From Vitrella brassicaformis CCMP3155 (taxonomy: Eukaryota > Protista > Chromerida), in contig CDMY01000273.1 in the NCBI GenBank assembly GCA_001179505.1, positions 62,001-126,000 on the forward strand: 64,000 nucleotides of DNA, written 5' to 3'. Made by a program: the position numbers and the translations under genes. Positions 39,209 through 51,194 of the stretch are shown here, in pieces. Positions within the stretch are counted from its first letter, which is position 1; every line of letters starts with the position of its first letter. Below the pieces are notes generated by a model that worked only from the letters and a program-made list of their open reading frames with translations, was not told the DNA's origin and did not search any database.

Positions 39209-41167
39209 ATGAACATGGGGACTCCGAGTCCCAGGAGCCCTGGTAGCGGGCGTAAGGCTGCCAAGGAGCAGCCGCCAACGCCCCTCATGCACTTGCTGCC
39301 CCACATAACGATGTCATGTCTGGAGCGACATGCCGCCGGCAGACCAGCCAAGCTCTCTGACATGTGCGTCCCTGTGGGCTGCGTGGACACATGCTTGCAC
39401 GCCCGCATCACAACACATCCTGTCTGTGTGTGTGCAGGTGCCGAAGAAAGCTGTCCCAGTCATTTCTCAAGTTCGGGGTGGAAATGGGGGAGCAGAGAAG
39501 GGACGGAGGGGCTGCATTGTGGTGCTTTGTGGCGTGTGTGTTGTGTGTTCAGGACATAGAGAAGCGCCTGCCTTTGCAGGACCTGCAGCAGATCTTCTCG
39601 GCAGTGCCACACGATGTGCCCGCAACCATGGCCATATCGAGGTGTGTGGGCCGCACTGCCGCATACATACATGCGTCAGACAGCAGAAGCATTGCAATGA
39701 TGTTTTTCTGCCATCTCCAGAATCTGCAACGAAGACTACTTCAGGGAGAGGTGGGAAAGAATATGATATGCCAAACTCACACACAACAGAACAGGGGCAG
39801 TCAGCTCTCCATTCCTTGATGCTGATCCAGATCCAAGGCGACTTTCCCTCTGCGCTCCCTCTCAGTCGTCGACCACGGCAAGTAAGAAAGCAGCCCTTCA
39901 CTCAACACACCGCTTCAGAGTCTCTTCCCTCATCTAGCCGTCTGTCTGTCTGTCTGTCTGTCTATCTCTGTGTCTCCCTGTAGCTCGTGGAAGCAACTGT
40001 TCCTGGAGCTGACCCTCCAGCAGGAGCTGGAGAACATGGGCAAGCCCGACTGGCCCAGCAACGTGGACATCAAAGAGCTCACCACCCTCTGCCGCGCATT
40101 CGTCTTCTCCCTCTCCCTGAACCTCCAAAGAGGCGCCAAGGAGACCCACGCAAAAGTGGTCGAGGTCATCGACTCCCTGCCAAACCTCTGCAGGATCACC
40201 CTGAGGTGTGCGGACGACAACATGAGTGCGACGCCCAGCAGGGAGCTAGGGGTGGGCGGGCTGACCCTGCCCTTTGCGCGGAGCCTGGCGGTGTCGATGC
40301 GGCGGCTGCAGATGCTGACGTCGGTAAATCTGTCGTCGAACCTTATCAATGATCGGATTGTGAGGGTCCTCTGCAAAGGTGGGTGGGCGCGTTGTGGGGG
40401 GGTGGGTGCGGTGGGTCCGCCATCCGCGTGTGTGCGTTATGCGTGTGTTGGTTCAGGTTTTGAGGGCATCTGCACGCTGAGGGACCTTGACCTAGCACAC
40501 AACAAGATCTCTGACCGGGTAGGCGGGCGCGATGATTTCCAGGCCATTCCTCTCTGAACCACATCTCTCTCTGTCTCTGCCTCTCTCTCTGGCAATGCAG
40601 GGCGCCCACTATGTGGCCCAGATGCTAGACGAGTCCACCACCCTCAGCACCCTCTCTCTCCGCGACAACCTCCTCCACGACAACGGCCTTCTCAAACTAG
40701 GCGCCACCCTCGAGCACAACAACTCCCTCCAGCGGCTCGACGTCTCCCTCAACAGAGTCGGCGACACCGGCGCGTCGGCCATGTTCAAAGACCTGAGGAA
40801 GAACACATCGCTCACACACCTTTCCCTCTCGTCCAATGCCATCACGGAGGCATCGGAAGCCGCGCTGGAGCTGTTGCTGAGGGAGAACAGGACACTGGAG
40901 CACCTGGACCTGAGCGGCAACGGCGTGGCTGTGCCGGAGGGCGTCCCGACGCAGTGCAAGATCGATGTCAGGCGGTGTCTCGTGGTGCCTAGCGAGGAGG
41001 AGGGAGGGGAGATGCAACAAGAGGGGAATGGGATGATTGTGGCCGCTGAAGACGCTGATGCCCCTGATGCCGAATCTGCTGGTGGTGGTACTGGTGCTGT
41101 TGAGGATGCAGCGGTTGACACTGAGACAGTGGTTGCAGGTGGGGCCGCTGGCGGTGGGAGTGCGTGA
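39209..41167 (+). CDS. DRC5: Dynein regulatory complex subunit 5 (TCTE1), RNI-like LRR protein
   Basis: Spliced LSDMCRRKL..VPHDVP..ICNEDYFRER..DHGNSWKQLFLE, followed by LxxLxLxxNxI LRRs (VNLSSNLI, LDLAHNKI, LSLRDNLL, LDVSLNRV, LDLSGN). Confidence 0.8.
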
Positions 41168-41628
41168 TGTGTGTGCGTGGAGTGGACGGGGGGAGGGAGG
41201 GAGGGAGGGCTGTGGGGGGGATGCGGGCGAGCGCTTGGTTGGTTCTTCCATCTGTTTCGCCATCCATCTGTTGCATTTGCATTTGTCTCTCCATCGACCG
41301 GTGGGTAGATAGGGGAACGATAAAAAGGCCGCTCCATTGGCACTCAGTCTGAGCTGACTGACTTGACTGCATGCATGTCGTCCACATCCATCCATCTATC
41401 CATCCATGCCTTGACTAACAAACAGACGTGTGCTCTTCTCTTCTATCTCTGTCCAGCAAATGCCTGCCACTCAGCCAGCCGTTGGATCTATCTATCCATC
41501 TATCTAGCAGCCACCGAGCCCGCCGCCATGAGCATACACACATCAAATACCCATGTGATATCCCATTCTGCAGCACAGCCGTGATCCCATCTTTGCAGAC
41601 AGCCTCAGAGCGCCAAGACAGCACAGCC

Positions 41629-44030
41629 TCAGAGGGCGAACGCAACGTCCTGAAAGAAAGAAGGAAAGACACACAGATGTGCTGTCCAGCATGACATGAC
41701 ATCGCCTGTGTCTCGTGGTGCGTGTGTTCTCTTGCTGACCAGCTCGGCACTCTCCGCTAGTTCGATGATCTCGGCCATCTTGACGGCCTTGCTGGCGCTC
41801 TCGCTCAGGTCCGTCGAAAACAACATCTTCAGACCTGACTCGTCGATCAGCTGCATAGACACACACACACACACATCCCACATCACACATGAGGAAAGAC
41901 AGACAGGCAGGAAGCAAGGGGCGGCACGTCTCGTACCTTCTTGGCTTGTTCCTGGTTGGTGCCTTCGAGTCTGACGACCAGCGGTTTGGACAGACCGATC
42001 TCCTGTGACGCGTGGATCACGCCCAGCGCGATCGTGTCACATCTGATGCAGTCATTATATCATTATATCCACAGACATCCATCACGCGATTACAGACAGA
42101 CACGTGTGGGTGAACGGATAATCGTGTACACCTCATGATGCCGCCAAATATGTTGACGAGTATGGCCTTGACTTTGGGGTCGTTTTGGAGGATGCGGAAG
42201 GCCTCCACCACCTGGGTCTTGGACGCACCCCCACCAACGTCCAGGAAATTCGCCGGCGAGCCGCCGTTCTGATCAACACACACATCGACACGCACACACA
42301 CGGAGGCGTGGACACAGGCGCGCGAGCCTACCAGTTTGATGATGTCCATTGTGGCCATCGCGAGACCCGCGCCGTTGACCATGCAGCCTACGACACACCA
42401 CAGCCAGGAAGGCCATGGGTGCACCAGACTTGTATGCATTTGACTGACGACTGAACTGACCGATGTTGCCATCCAGGCCGACATAGTTGAGGTCAAACCG
42501 GGCCGCCTGCACCTCACGGGGGTCCTCCTGCACACCAACACCAACACCAACACACCAACAATGAGGCAGGCGCATTTTCCTTTCACCCACACATGGATGG
42601 GCGCGACAGGCAGGCCTACACACAGGTGTGGTGGGTAGGTACCTGAGTGGTGTCCCTCATTTCGAAGATGTCTTCGTGTCTGAACTCGGCGTTGTCGTCG
42701 AAGTTGACTTTGGCGTCGCACACCATGACCCGGCCGTCGTGCGTTTCCGCGAACGGGTTGATCTCCACCAGCGTGCAGTCCTTGTCGATGAACATCTTGT
42801 ACAGACCCATGATGCACTGACGGCATCATGACGTGACGTACACACCCACACGTAGGGATGGACGGATGGATTGATGGGTGCGTCCGTCCGTCCGTTCGCC
42901 CGTACCTGTGCGGCCTGGTCGACCCTGTCACCTTCGAAGGCCAGCTTCTCGGCGAACTCCCGTGCCTGCGCCTCGCTCAGACCAACAGTAATGTCAATCG
43001 GCATCTTGACAATCGCTGTAGGATCCTGGCAACACACACAGACACACCACATCACATCACATCACACGGATGCTTCTATCTATCCATCTGTTTGTCCGTG
43101 TGAGTGCGCGTGGTGACCTTGGCGGCGATGTCTTCGATGCTGGTGCCGCCGACAGCGCTGCCGATCATCAGGGGGCCGCCAGATGACCGATCCATCAATA
43201 TCGCAAAATACTTCTCCCGACGCAAATCTGAACCATTAATGACGCACGCAGGCAGGAAGGGAGGCAGGCAGGCAGGAAGGGAGGGACGGAGGCAGGAATA
43301 CACACAACACACCCAACCACTCTGCTTCCCTTCGCTTCCTTTCGTTGTGGCTCACAGAGTCGTTCGCAGACGAAGATGGCGTTGCAGGGCTTGCCGGCCT
43401 CGCCCGTCTGCTTGGTCACCAGCGTGTTACCCAGCATCTTCTTGGCGATCTCCTTCACCTGCAACACCCCCACCCACAAACACGCCCACCAGTCATTAAA
43501 TCAATCAGCCTTTCTGTCTGTCTGTCTGTCTGTTCTGTTCTTGCCTTTGAGGGTGACTGGCATTGGTGGACGCCCCCCTGGAACCCATTCTCCTTAAAAT
43601 ACCCCAACCCACGGCCGCCTGCCAACACCTGTGCAACGCAGCAGCCAGGCAGACAGGCAGGCAGTCACTCACACGATGGATGGAAACTCTTTCGTCGTGT
43701 GAGTGACCTGTGCTTTGACGACGAAATCAATGTCGCCCTGCTCGGCCTGCAATGCCGACGCGGCCGCCTCGGCCTCGCGACCCGTGAAAGCAGGCAGACC
43801 CTGGCAGAACACACACACACACACAAACACGCTCGCCAAATACCTCTGACTGCTGCCATGAGTGATGTGTTGTGTAGTGTTTCCTTTCATACCTTTGGTG
43901 TGTGTACGTGGTAGGACTGCATGACCTGTACGCTCTGGTACTCGTGCAGGTTGAGCCATCTCTTCTGGAGGGCGGGGAAGCCCCGAGCACACAGAGCCCC
44001 GATCGCACGGCGCGGAGTGAACGCAAGCAT
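41629..44030 (-). CDS. sucC: Succinyl-CoA ligase beta subunit, mitochondrial
   Basis: Presequence, then [80 protein letters not shown] and [12 protein letters not shown]. Confidence 0.97.
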
Positions 44031-44179
44031 ACTCGATGACTCGCAGCCTGCTCGGAGCGTCCTCCTCTCTTCCCAGAGCCTCAAGTGAGCGCTGAACTTC
44101 CGACGTCTGCGAGCTTAGCTTGCGGGAGGGAAGGGAAAAGGAGGCACATCTCGTGTGTGTGACTCCCCTACTGCCGGAG

Positions 44180-44894
44180 ATGCCTCCTCCGTTGCAAGGG
44201 CCGTTCAAGTTCAAAGCGCCGTTGCCCGTCAGGTATGCTTTCAAGAGGACAATGCAGGTCTTATCTGTTCCCTCCACACGGTGGCCCTCCCTGTGTTATG
44301 CTGTGTGTGTCAGGTTCAAGGTCGGCAGAACCAAGATCAACCCACAAAAGGCAAGCAAAGTACCCAGCACACCGTGCAGCCAGAGAGGAGAGACACCCAC
44401 TCTCTCTGTGCTGCGTATGTGTGCAGGAGCCCGACATTCGTATGGGCAAGAGTTTCGTGCTGGCGATGCCGACACGGGTGCGTGCTGTCCAGCTGGAGAA
44501 GGCGCAACTGCTGCTGCGGCAGAAGCTCGGCAAGGGCAAGGAGTTCCACATGGACGTGCACGCCACGTACGCCACCACCAAGAAGCCCGACGGCTGCAAG
44601 ATGGGCAACGGCAAGGGCAACATCAACGACTTCGTCGCGCGTGTCCCCGCCGGCAAGGTCGTGATGCACATCCCCACCATCAGCCCGTTCGCAGAGTTCA
44701 TGCCGCAGCAGCCCATCTACAGGGGATTCCGCGTGATAGCGGGCAAGCTGCCTGTGCCGGTGCGGTTTCGGTCGCAGAACAACATCTTCCCGATGGACAG
44801 GATTGACCTGCAGATGAGCCCCGCTGAGGTGGCGCGGCAGGGGCAGGCGGAGAAGCCGCCGAGGCTGTCACATGCACGAAGGGCTGCGGCGTAG
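44180..44894 (+). CDS. rpl16: Organellar (probably mitochondrial) ribosomal protein uL16
   Basis: QLEKAQLLLRQKL, TKKPDGCKMGNGKG and VARVPAGKVV match uL16. No signal peptide. Confidence 0.88.
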
Positions 44895-45244
44895 TGCTGT
44901 TTGGTGTGTTTGACGGATGAGTCCTTTGGCCACTGTACAGTAGTGCCTGAGTGGGTCGTGGACTATTATTGATCGATCCATCAATCGACTTGTGTATTTC
45001 AAGTGTTGGTGTTGCAATGCATCCATCACGTATTAATGACGAAAGGTCTGTGTATCGTATGTGTGTCATTGACACACTCACTCATTGAAAAGTTTGCACG
45101 CCTGCCTGCCTGCCTGCCTCAGTCAGTTCCAGCAGCTAGCAACGCAATACATCCACGCCCCGACACGCCCAACAAAGATCCATCCTTCACACCACGTATT
45201 GCAATCAAGCAAAGCACGTAGCGCAGCCGTCTGCGTCTGTCTCG

Positions 45245-45992
45245 CTAGACCTCCAGGACGACCTTGATGTGTGTCGTCGGCCGCCTGTACACCGACGCCC
45301 GCCCGCGGGACTGAAAGTGTACCCGCTTCCTGTAAGGCCCTCGGTTGGCAAGCACCGTGAAGATCCTGGGCTTGACGCTGTTGGCACCGTACTTCTGCCT
45401 GGCGTTGGCGAGCGCAGACTTGATGCACTTGTACACCTGCTTGGCGGGTTTCCGCGGCGACCACTCCAGGATGGCCAGCGCCTCAAGCAGAGGCTTCCCC
45501 TTGATCTCCGACAGCGTCCTTAGCGTCTTGATGGTGGACAGCCGCAGAAACCTCGCCTCGGCGGTCACCAGGCGCTTGCCGGCGATCTTCTGCGGGTCGG
45601 GCCGGTTCGCCCAGACGGACTTCTGCTTGCCGACATGTGTGACGGTCAGGGGATGCTGCGAAAGGGACGACTGGGTTGGGGAGTGGGAAGGGGAGAGGGG
45701 AGATCTGTCGAGGGCATTGCTGTTGAGCCGCTGCCTCAGTAGGGGGACGGGCGAAACGAAGCCTGCATCAACACAAAGAGTGAGGGACAGGTTACATGTA
45801 TGGCTTGTAGTGCTGCATGGGGGTTGGCCATAGCACCACTCACTCGTGTGATCAGGCGTGATGGCAAAGCATCGAAAGGCATCTGCACCAGGCAGGCATA
45901 AACCAGCGCAAACGTCTGAGCAGTGCACGTGTTGCGTGCCTTGCTGTCAGCGTACCTGCAGCGAACACAGCCACAAGCGCCAGCACCTTCAT
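45245..45992 (-). CDS. rpl22: Plastid-targeted ribosomal protein uL22
   Basis: Leader MKVLALVAVFAAGADA-F plus S/P-rich transit peptide. Core AEARFLRLSTIK..IKGKPLLEALAIL..SALANA..RGPYRKR...RGRA....RPTTHIKVVL. Confidence 0.92.
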
Positions 45993-46174
45993 CTCGCCCT
46001 GAGCGCGACAAACACACAGATCACGATTGGTTCTGCGTCAGGCTCGTCCATCCATCTCTTGCCAAAGCCCTACCGTCATCGCCTTTTCTTCATCCAGACC
46101 ACCTGCGAGCCTAACAACATCGTTTCACACCGCCTGTGCCCTAAGCTCCCTTTACCTTGTAAACATCGGCGGAA

Positions 46175-49100
46175 ATGGTGCTGGTTATCTCATTCCTCTT
46201 TGCCTTGGCGTGTGGATTGGTGGCCGCTGATCCATCCCCGAGGGAAAGGGTGGTCAATCTCGTCACCGAGCTGAAAGAACGCATCGTGGAGGACCGCAGC
46301 AACGAACAAAAGGTACGACCTATACAGATGGAGAAGATGTGCAGCCATGGCGGCCACAGGTGTATGACAAGTACGCCTGCTGGTGCGAGAAGACGCTCAA
46401 GAGGAAGGCCGACACCATCCATGCTGCAAAGTATAGTCAGCACATAGATCACCCGCGCGGGAATTCGTCGGTATCTCTTTTTCCTTGTCAGGGAGGAGAT
46501 CGCCGCATTGCAGCACCAGGTGCTGGAGACCAAGAGCCGGCTGGCAGTCCTTGCCGCGGAGATCCAAACTACCAAACAGGTAATAGGAAGGGCAATGAAT
46601 CTGTGTGATCTGCGTTACCGGGATGTCAGGAGATGACAGAGATTGCCAATTCTCGGGAGGACGCGACAGCCCTACGCAAGAGGGAGAGCGAGGAATATAT
46701 GCAGGAGCAGGCTGGTACTGCAACAAATGTCACAGCAGATTGGCCGTCATCTTTTTCATTGGTTCTCCGTTTCCCCCACGTCAGAGCTCAACGAGGCCAT
46801 CGCAGCGCTGGGCAAGGCAATAGAGGTGCTGGGAGGAGTACAAAGAAAACCCCAGCAAGCAGAGCAGGAGACGGCGTTCCTCGCCACCCTACCAGGTGCG
46901 CAATAGCTCACAGACGCTCACCCATGTATCATCAACAGCATCATTTCATGTTGTTGTGGTCGTCATTTATCAGCCATCCGTCACGCGCTGCAGCTGCCCG
47001 CCGCAAAAGAGATGTCCAGCGCCAAGCTGCAGCTACTCAGCTCCTTCCTCGCCTCAACTATAACAGGAGTAAGACTGCCTCCTTTTGTCTATCTGCACTC
47101 ATTGTCATGTGCATGTGTATTGGCGTTTCCGCGCCACATGATCAGCCAATCGCCAACATTTGGGGATTCTGGCCCGCAGTCATCGACCATCTTGGGCATC
47201 CTCAAAAGCATGGACGACACTTTCAAGGGAAACCTCGTTAGGCTAGAAAAGGTGAGTAAAAGGCATTTACTGAAGCCATGGGCCTCGGAAAATCCCTCCC
47301 TGCGTGTCTGTCGGCCTGTGCAGCAAGAAAAAGCCAAGCAGGAGCAGTACAAGGTCTTCCTGCAGGACACATCTAACCAGCTTAAAAGCCTTGAAGAGGC
47401 CCTGGCCGCAAAGGAGGGAGAACAAGCCGACAAGATGAAAGCAGAGGTGAGGAAGACCTCGATAACAAACACCCAAGTAGACCCATGGATTGCCCTGTTG
47501 CTACAGGCCGAGAGCAAATCTCAGCTCGCCGATACAGTGGAGCAGCGAGACAGCGGTAAAATCCAACACACACCTACACACACACACACACACACACACA
47601 TACACATTTGATGAAGCTACGTGTGTCTCCCTCTTCAGATGAGGCGTTCTTCGCAGACGCTGCTGCCGGCTGCAAAAACAAAGCGGACGAATGGCACGGT
47701 AAGCGGCGGGATGTGCGGCTCGGTTGACGTTGACGTTGGCTCTCGCCTGTGGGTGTCAGCTCGGGAGCAGATGCGTGACGATGAGCTAAGTGGCATCCAA
47801 AAAGCCCTGGACTTCCTCGCCTCAGATGAGGCACAGCAGCTCTTCCTCAGGTAAGACGGCCGCTTACGCGTCACCGGTGAGACAGGATTGCATGTAACGC
47901 CTTCTGGTCAGGATCGGCAAGCGACAAGCGCCGGAGCTGCTGCAGGTGTCGGCGCACATCCGTCGTCACCACACCGCTACCAAGGCGCAGCACATGTGGG
48001 CCCTCAACCAGCTCCGCAACGTGGCAAGGAAGGCGCACAGCCCCCAGCTGGCGCTTCTAGCCCTCCAGTTGTTGTGCGTTGCCCTCCTTCTTCAGCAAGG
48101 TCGTTTCGAGAAGGTGCTCAAGGCCATCAACAAGACACTCAAACATCTGAAGGTCAGAGGATTGGACAAATGCGACTTTTACCGCTATTCATGTGTGTCT
48201 CTGATCGATATTCAGGACGAGGCGCAGCAGGACATCAAACAGCGAGACTGGTGAGGCACCAAGGAAGGAAGGATGGACACCCCGATCGTTTGGGCATTGT
48301 GATGCAGGTGTATAGAGGAGCTGCACCAGACGAAACTGAGCCTTGAAGAGCTGTCACACGCATACACCATCCAGTCGTCGAAGATTGACAAGCTGTCCGC
48401 CAAGTCCAACAAGCTGGCGCACGACATGCAGAAGACACACGAGGTCGCAAAAAGAAACGAAATGAGGTCCTTGCAGACATGCCTTTTCCCTTTTCCCCTT
48501 TGCAGGAGCTTGAGCAGGTGAATGCGACGATCAGTACTGCACATGACGATCGCAATTCTGCCGCAGCGGCATACAACCAGAGCAGAACTGGTATGGAAGA
48601 AGAAGACCGCATGATGCATGTCTCTCATTTCATCGACTCATCCGTCGCGGTTTGCTCTTTCAGCCAACTTGGCTGCCGTGGAGCTGCTCGGCCACACCAT
48701 TTCAGAACTGCAGGCCTTCTTCAAGAGCGGCGAGGGCGATGTGCCCAGCCCGTCGACAGCGCTGATACAGGTGGCATCGTGCCCCCTTCTGTCTAGTATC
48801 CATTCTCATCCCTCCCCCGCCTCTCTCTGTCTGTGTATGCGCGCGCGTGTGTGTGTCGCAGACCCAAAGCGTGGTCCCCAGACACAGATACTCCCCCCTT
48901 CGTCTTCTGCACCGCCACCGTCGGTCGAGTGCACTCCTCCGCCGCACACACAGCCACCGCTACGGTCACCGCAGGATCCTCGCGTCGAAAGACTACAAGT
49001 CTTCCCACAGCAGCAGCATCAGCAGCAGCCAGGAGCCCACATTCGATGTGGATCCTGACCAGGCACCGGAGACGAAGTTCTCAGACACGAAATCCACAAA

Positions 49101-49976
49101 GGTACACATGCGGACAGATGGAGACACGGCAAACGAGAGAATGCATGAGGCCTTTGCACGCGTGTGGATGGATGTGTGGATTTGTTGATCCAGGGTCAGA
49201 CGGACAGTGTGTTGGGCATGATTTCCTACGTCAAGGACAAGATTGAGAGCGACATCGAGGCGGAGGAGAAAGATGAGCAGGAGGCCATCGAGCAGTTTGG
49301 CAAGGTCATGGCCGACCTCAAGACCACCCAGCAGTCACTGCAAGCCAAATATGTGGAGCTCGAAGGCGCCAAAGGCAAGCCAACACAACCCAATCCACAC
49401 TCACCACATTCACCTCCTCCCAGGTCTGTGTGTTTGTGTGTGTGGTTGTGCCGGTATGTATTGTCTGTGTTTGTGTCGTTGCAGCTGATGTCGACATGGA
49501 TCTGGGGGAGACGCTTTCAGGCCGCAATACAACCAGCACCACACAAAGCGACACGGAGACACACAAGAACCAGATCAAACCTGGATGCGGTGAGTGCAGT
49601 GGACGAGGATGCGTGAATGCCCATCATTTCCTTCTGTGTCACATGTTGAATGAATGTCAGATTGGTTGATGGCCAGTTTCGACGCCCGAGCTCAGCATCG
49701 TGCCGAAGAAAGGGACGCGCTCACAAACGTAAGCACGCTGAATGATGTCCACAGCCGGCCCCCGCAAACGGAACGGGTGCATTTCTCTGTGGCTCACGCT
49801 AGGCAAAGTCGGTGTTGAAAGGCGCGTCGATGGGCAAGGCCCTCCTGCAGAACGACAGAGTGAGGAGCCAGGAAGGCCATCAAATGGATGCGGAGGACGG
49901 GGCGGACGACTCCCCGGTCGTAGTGGTGGAGGAGGTGATTGAAGAGGGGCCACTTCTCATCAGGGCTCAGCAATGA
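46175..49976 (+). CDS. Secreted alveolate coiled-coil precursor (dinoflagellate-type, possibly extrusome matrix-like)
   Basis: Signal peptide MVLVISFLFALACGLVAA. Motifs VYDKYACWC, ELNEAIAALGKAIEVL, STILGILKSMDDTF, DELSGIQKALDFL, KQRDWC and QEPTFDVDPDQAPE. About 18 exons. Confidence 0.75.
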
Positions 49977-50270
49977 CGGCCAGTGGTTGTGCGTGTATTC
50001 GACGGACTACTAGGGCAATGGCATTGGTCGATCACTGCCAGAGTGCTGTCTGTCAGCAGTCAGTGCCTGGTGGGTTGGCTGTGTTGCGTACCGTGAACCT
50101 GTGCATGTTCCGATCCAATGTCTCTATCGCACGAAGGTAAGCTGCGTCGAGACATCAATATTGATTCACGTCTCATATCGACACACACCAAGGCACACGT
50201 AGCCCAGCCAGCCGCACATAAACCACGCAGCATCTCCCTCTCCCTCTCCCTCTGTCCGCCCTACGTCACG

Positions 50271-50978
50271 TCAGCTTTCCACACTCTGATATATCCACCA
50301 GCACACCACTCTCAACGACGAGTACTGATTCGCCGACCCCATGTGCTGTGTCCTCGCATCAATCACACACGGCACGCCTTCTCGATAGCAGTACCACACC
50401 TCCTCCCTCTCCTCTTTCTCCTTTCGCCCCGCCGCCTCGTCCGCCCGGTGGTCCGTCACGTAGTCGAGGTGCGAGCCAAGCCTGATGCCCAATGGGCCCG
50501 TCGATCTGTCGAACGTGTCAAGCGACATCAACACGGTGAACTCTCCCGCGTCGCCGTCTGCGTGCCACTCAATCTCTGAGCCACCAGGCAGAGTAAGTGA
50601 GAGGCCGGTCTCGGAGAGGACGAGCGTCCGTTCGCTGCCGAGAGCTGCCTGGAGGATGTCTGGGATGCCTGCCGTCTGCATGAACTCCGCCATAGCCTCG
50701 TGCTGGGGCGACTCATCCGACAAGTGGACATTTTTCCTCAGCCGGCCGCACTCAGGCATCCGCACAACGCCCAGGTCGTCGAGATCCAAATAGACATCGT
50801 CCTCAGCAGGCCGCCAGTGGCCCTCAATAGCAGTAATCAGACCACCAAGAGAGCGGCGCAGATCTATCAGAGCGTCGTGTCCGACGACACTGGGCAGAAT
50901 GACGACGCCGTGTTGCCGAAGCTTGTCCACACATTCTTCAACCTGAGGATGGAGTCCAGCCACCTCAAGCTGATCCAT
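50271..50978 (-). CDS. Phytanoyl-CoA dioxygenase (PhyH)-like 2OG/Fe(II) oxygenase, intronless
   Basis: LRQHGVVILPSVV, the HxD motif WHAD, TGPLGIRLGSH, distal HMGSAN and R in SSLR. Confidence 0.82.
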   Translation of the reverse strand: MDQLEVAGLHPQVEECVDKLRQHGVVILPSVVGHDALIDLRRSLGGLITAIEGHWRPAEDDVYLDLDDLGVVRMPECGRLRKNVHLSDESPQHEAMAEFMQTAGIPDILQAALGSERTLVLSETGLSLTLPGGSEIEWHADGDAGEFTVLMSLDTFDRSTGPLGIRLGSHLDYVTDHRADEAAGRKEKEEREEVWYCYREGVPCVIDARTQHMGSANQYSSLRVVCWWIYQSVES

Positions 50979-51194
50979 CTCCCGAGATGTCGTGGCTTCT
51001 CGCCGCTGGCAACTCAGAGAAAGATCAATCCCGCTGGCGGTTTCTGGAGAGATCTGGAGCTCCTGGGAGACAGAACCACCCCTTCCTCTCTCCTTTCGTT
51101 GCTTGGCGCCTGGGCTGGCGCCAGCCGTCCTCTTTTCCCTCTCCAGTTCTGCGAGCTTGACATCTGCAAGCTTGATCTTTATGGTCACGTAAGG

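Noticed and set aside
44180-45992. uL16 next to uL22 as a relic of the bacterial S10 operon
   Set aside because: The genes are on opposite strands, both have introns, and they probably serve different compartments (uL22 has a plastid leader, uL16 does not). Adjacency is likely chance.
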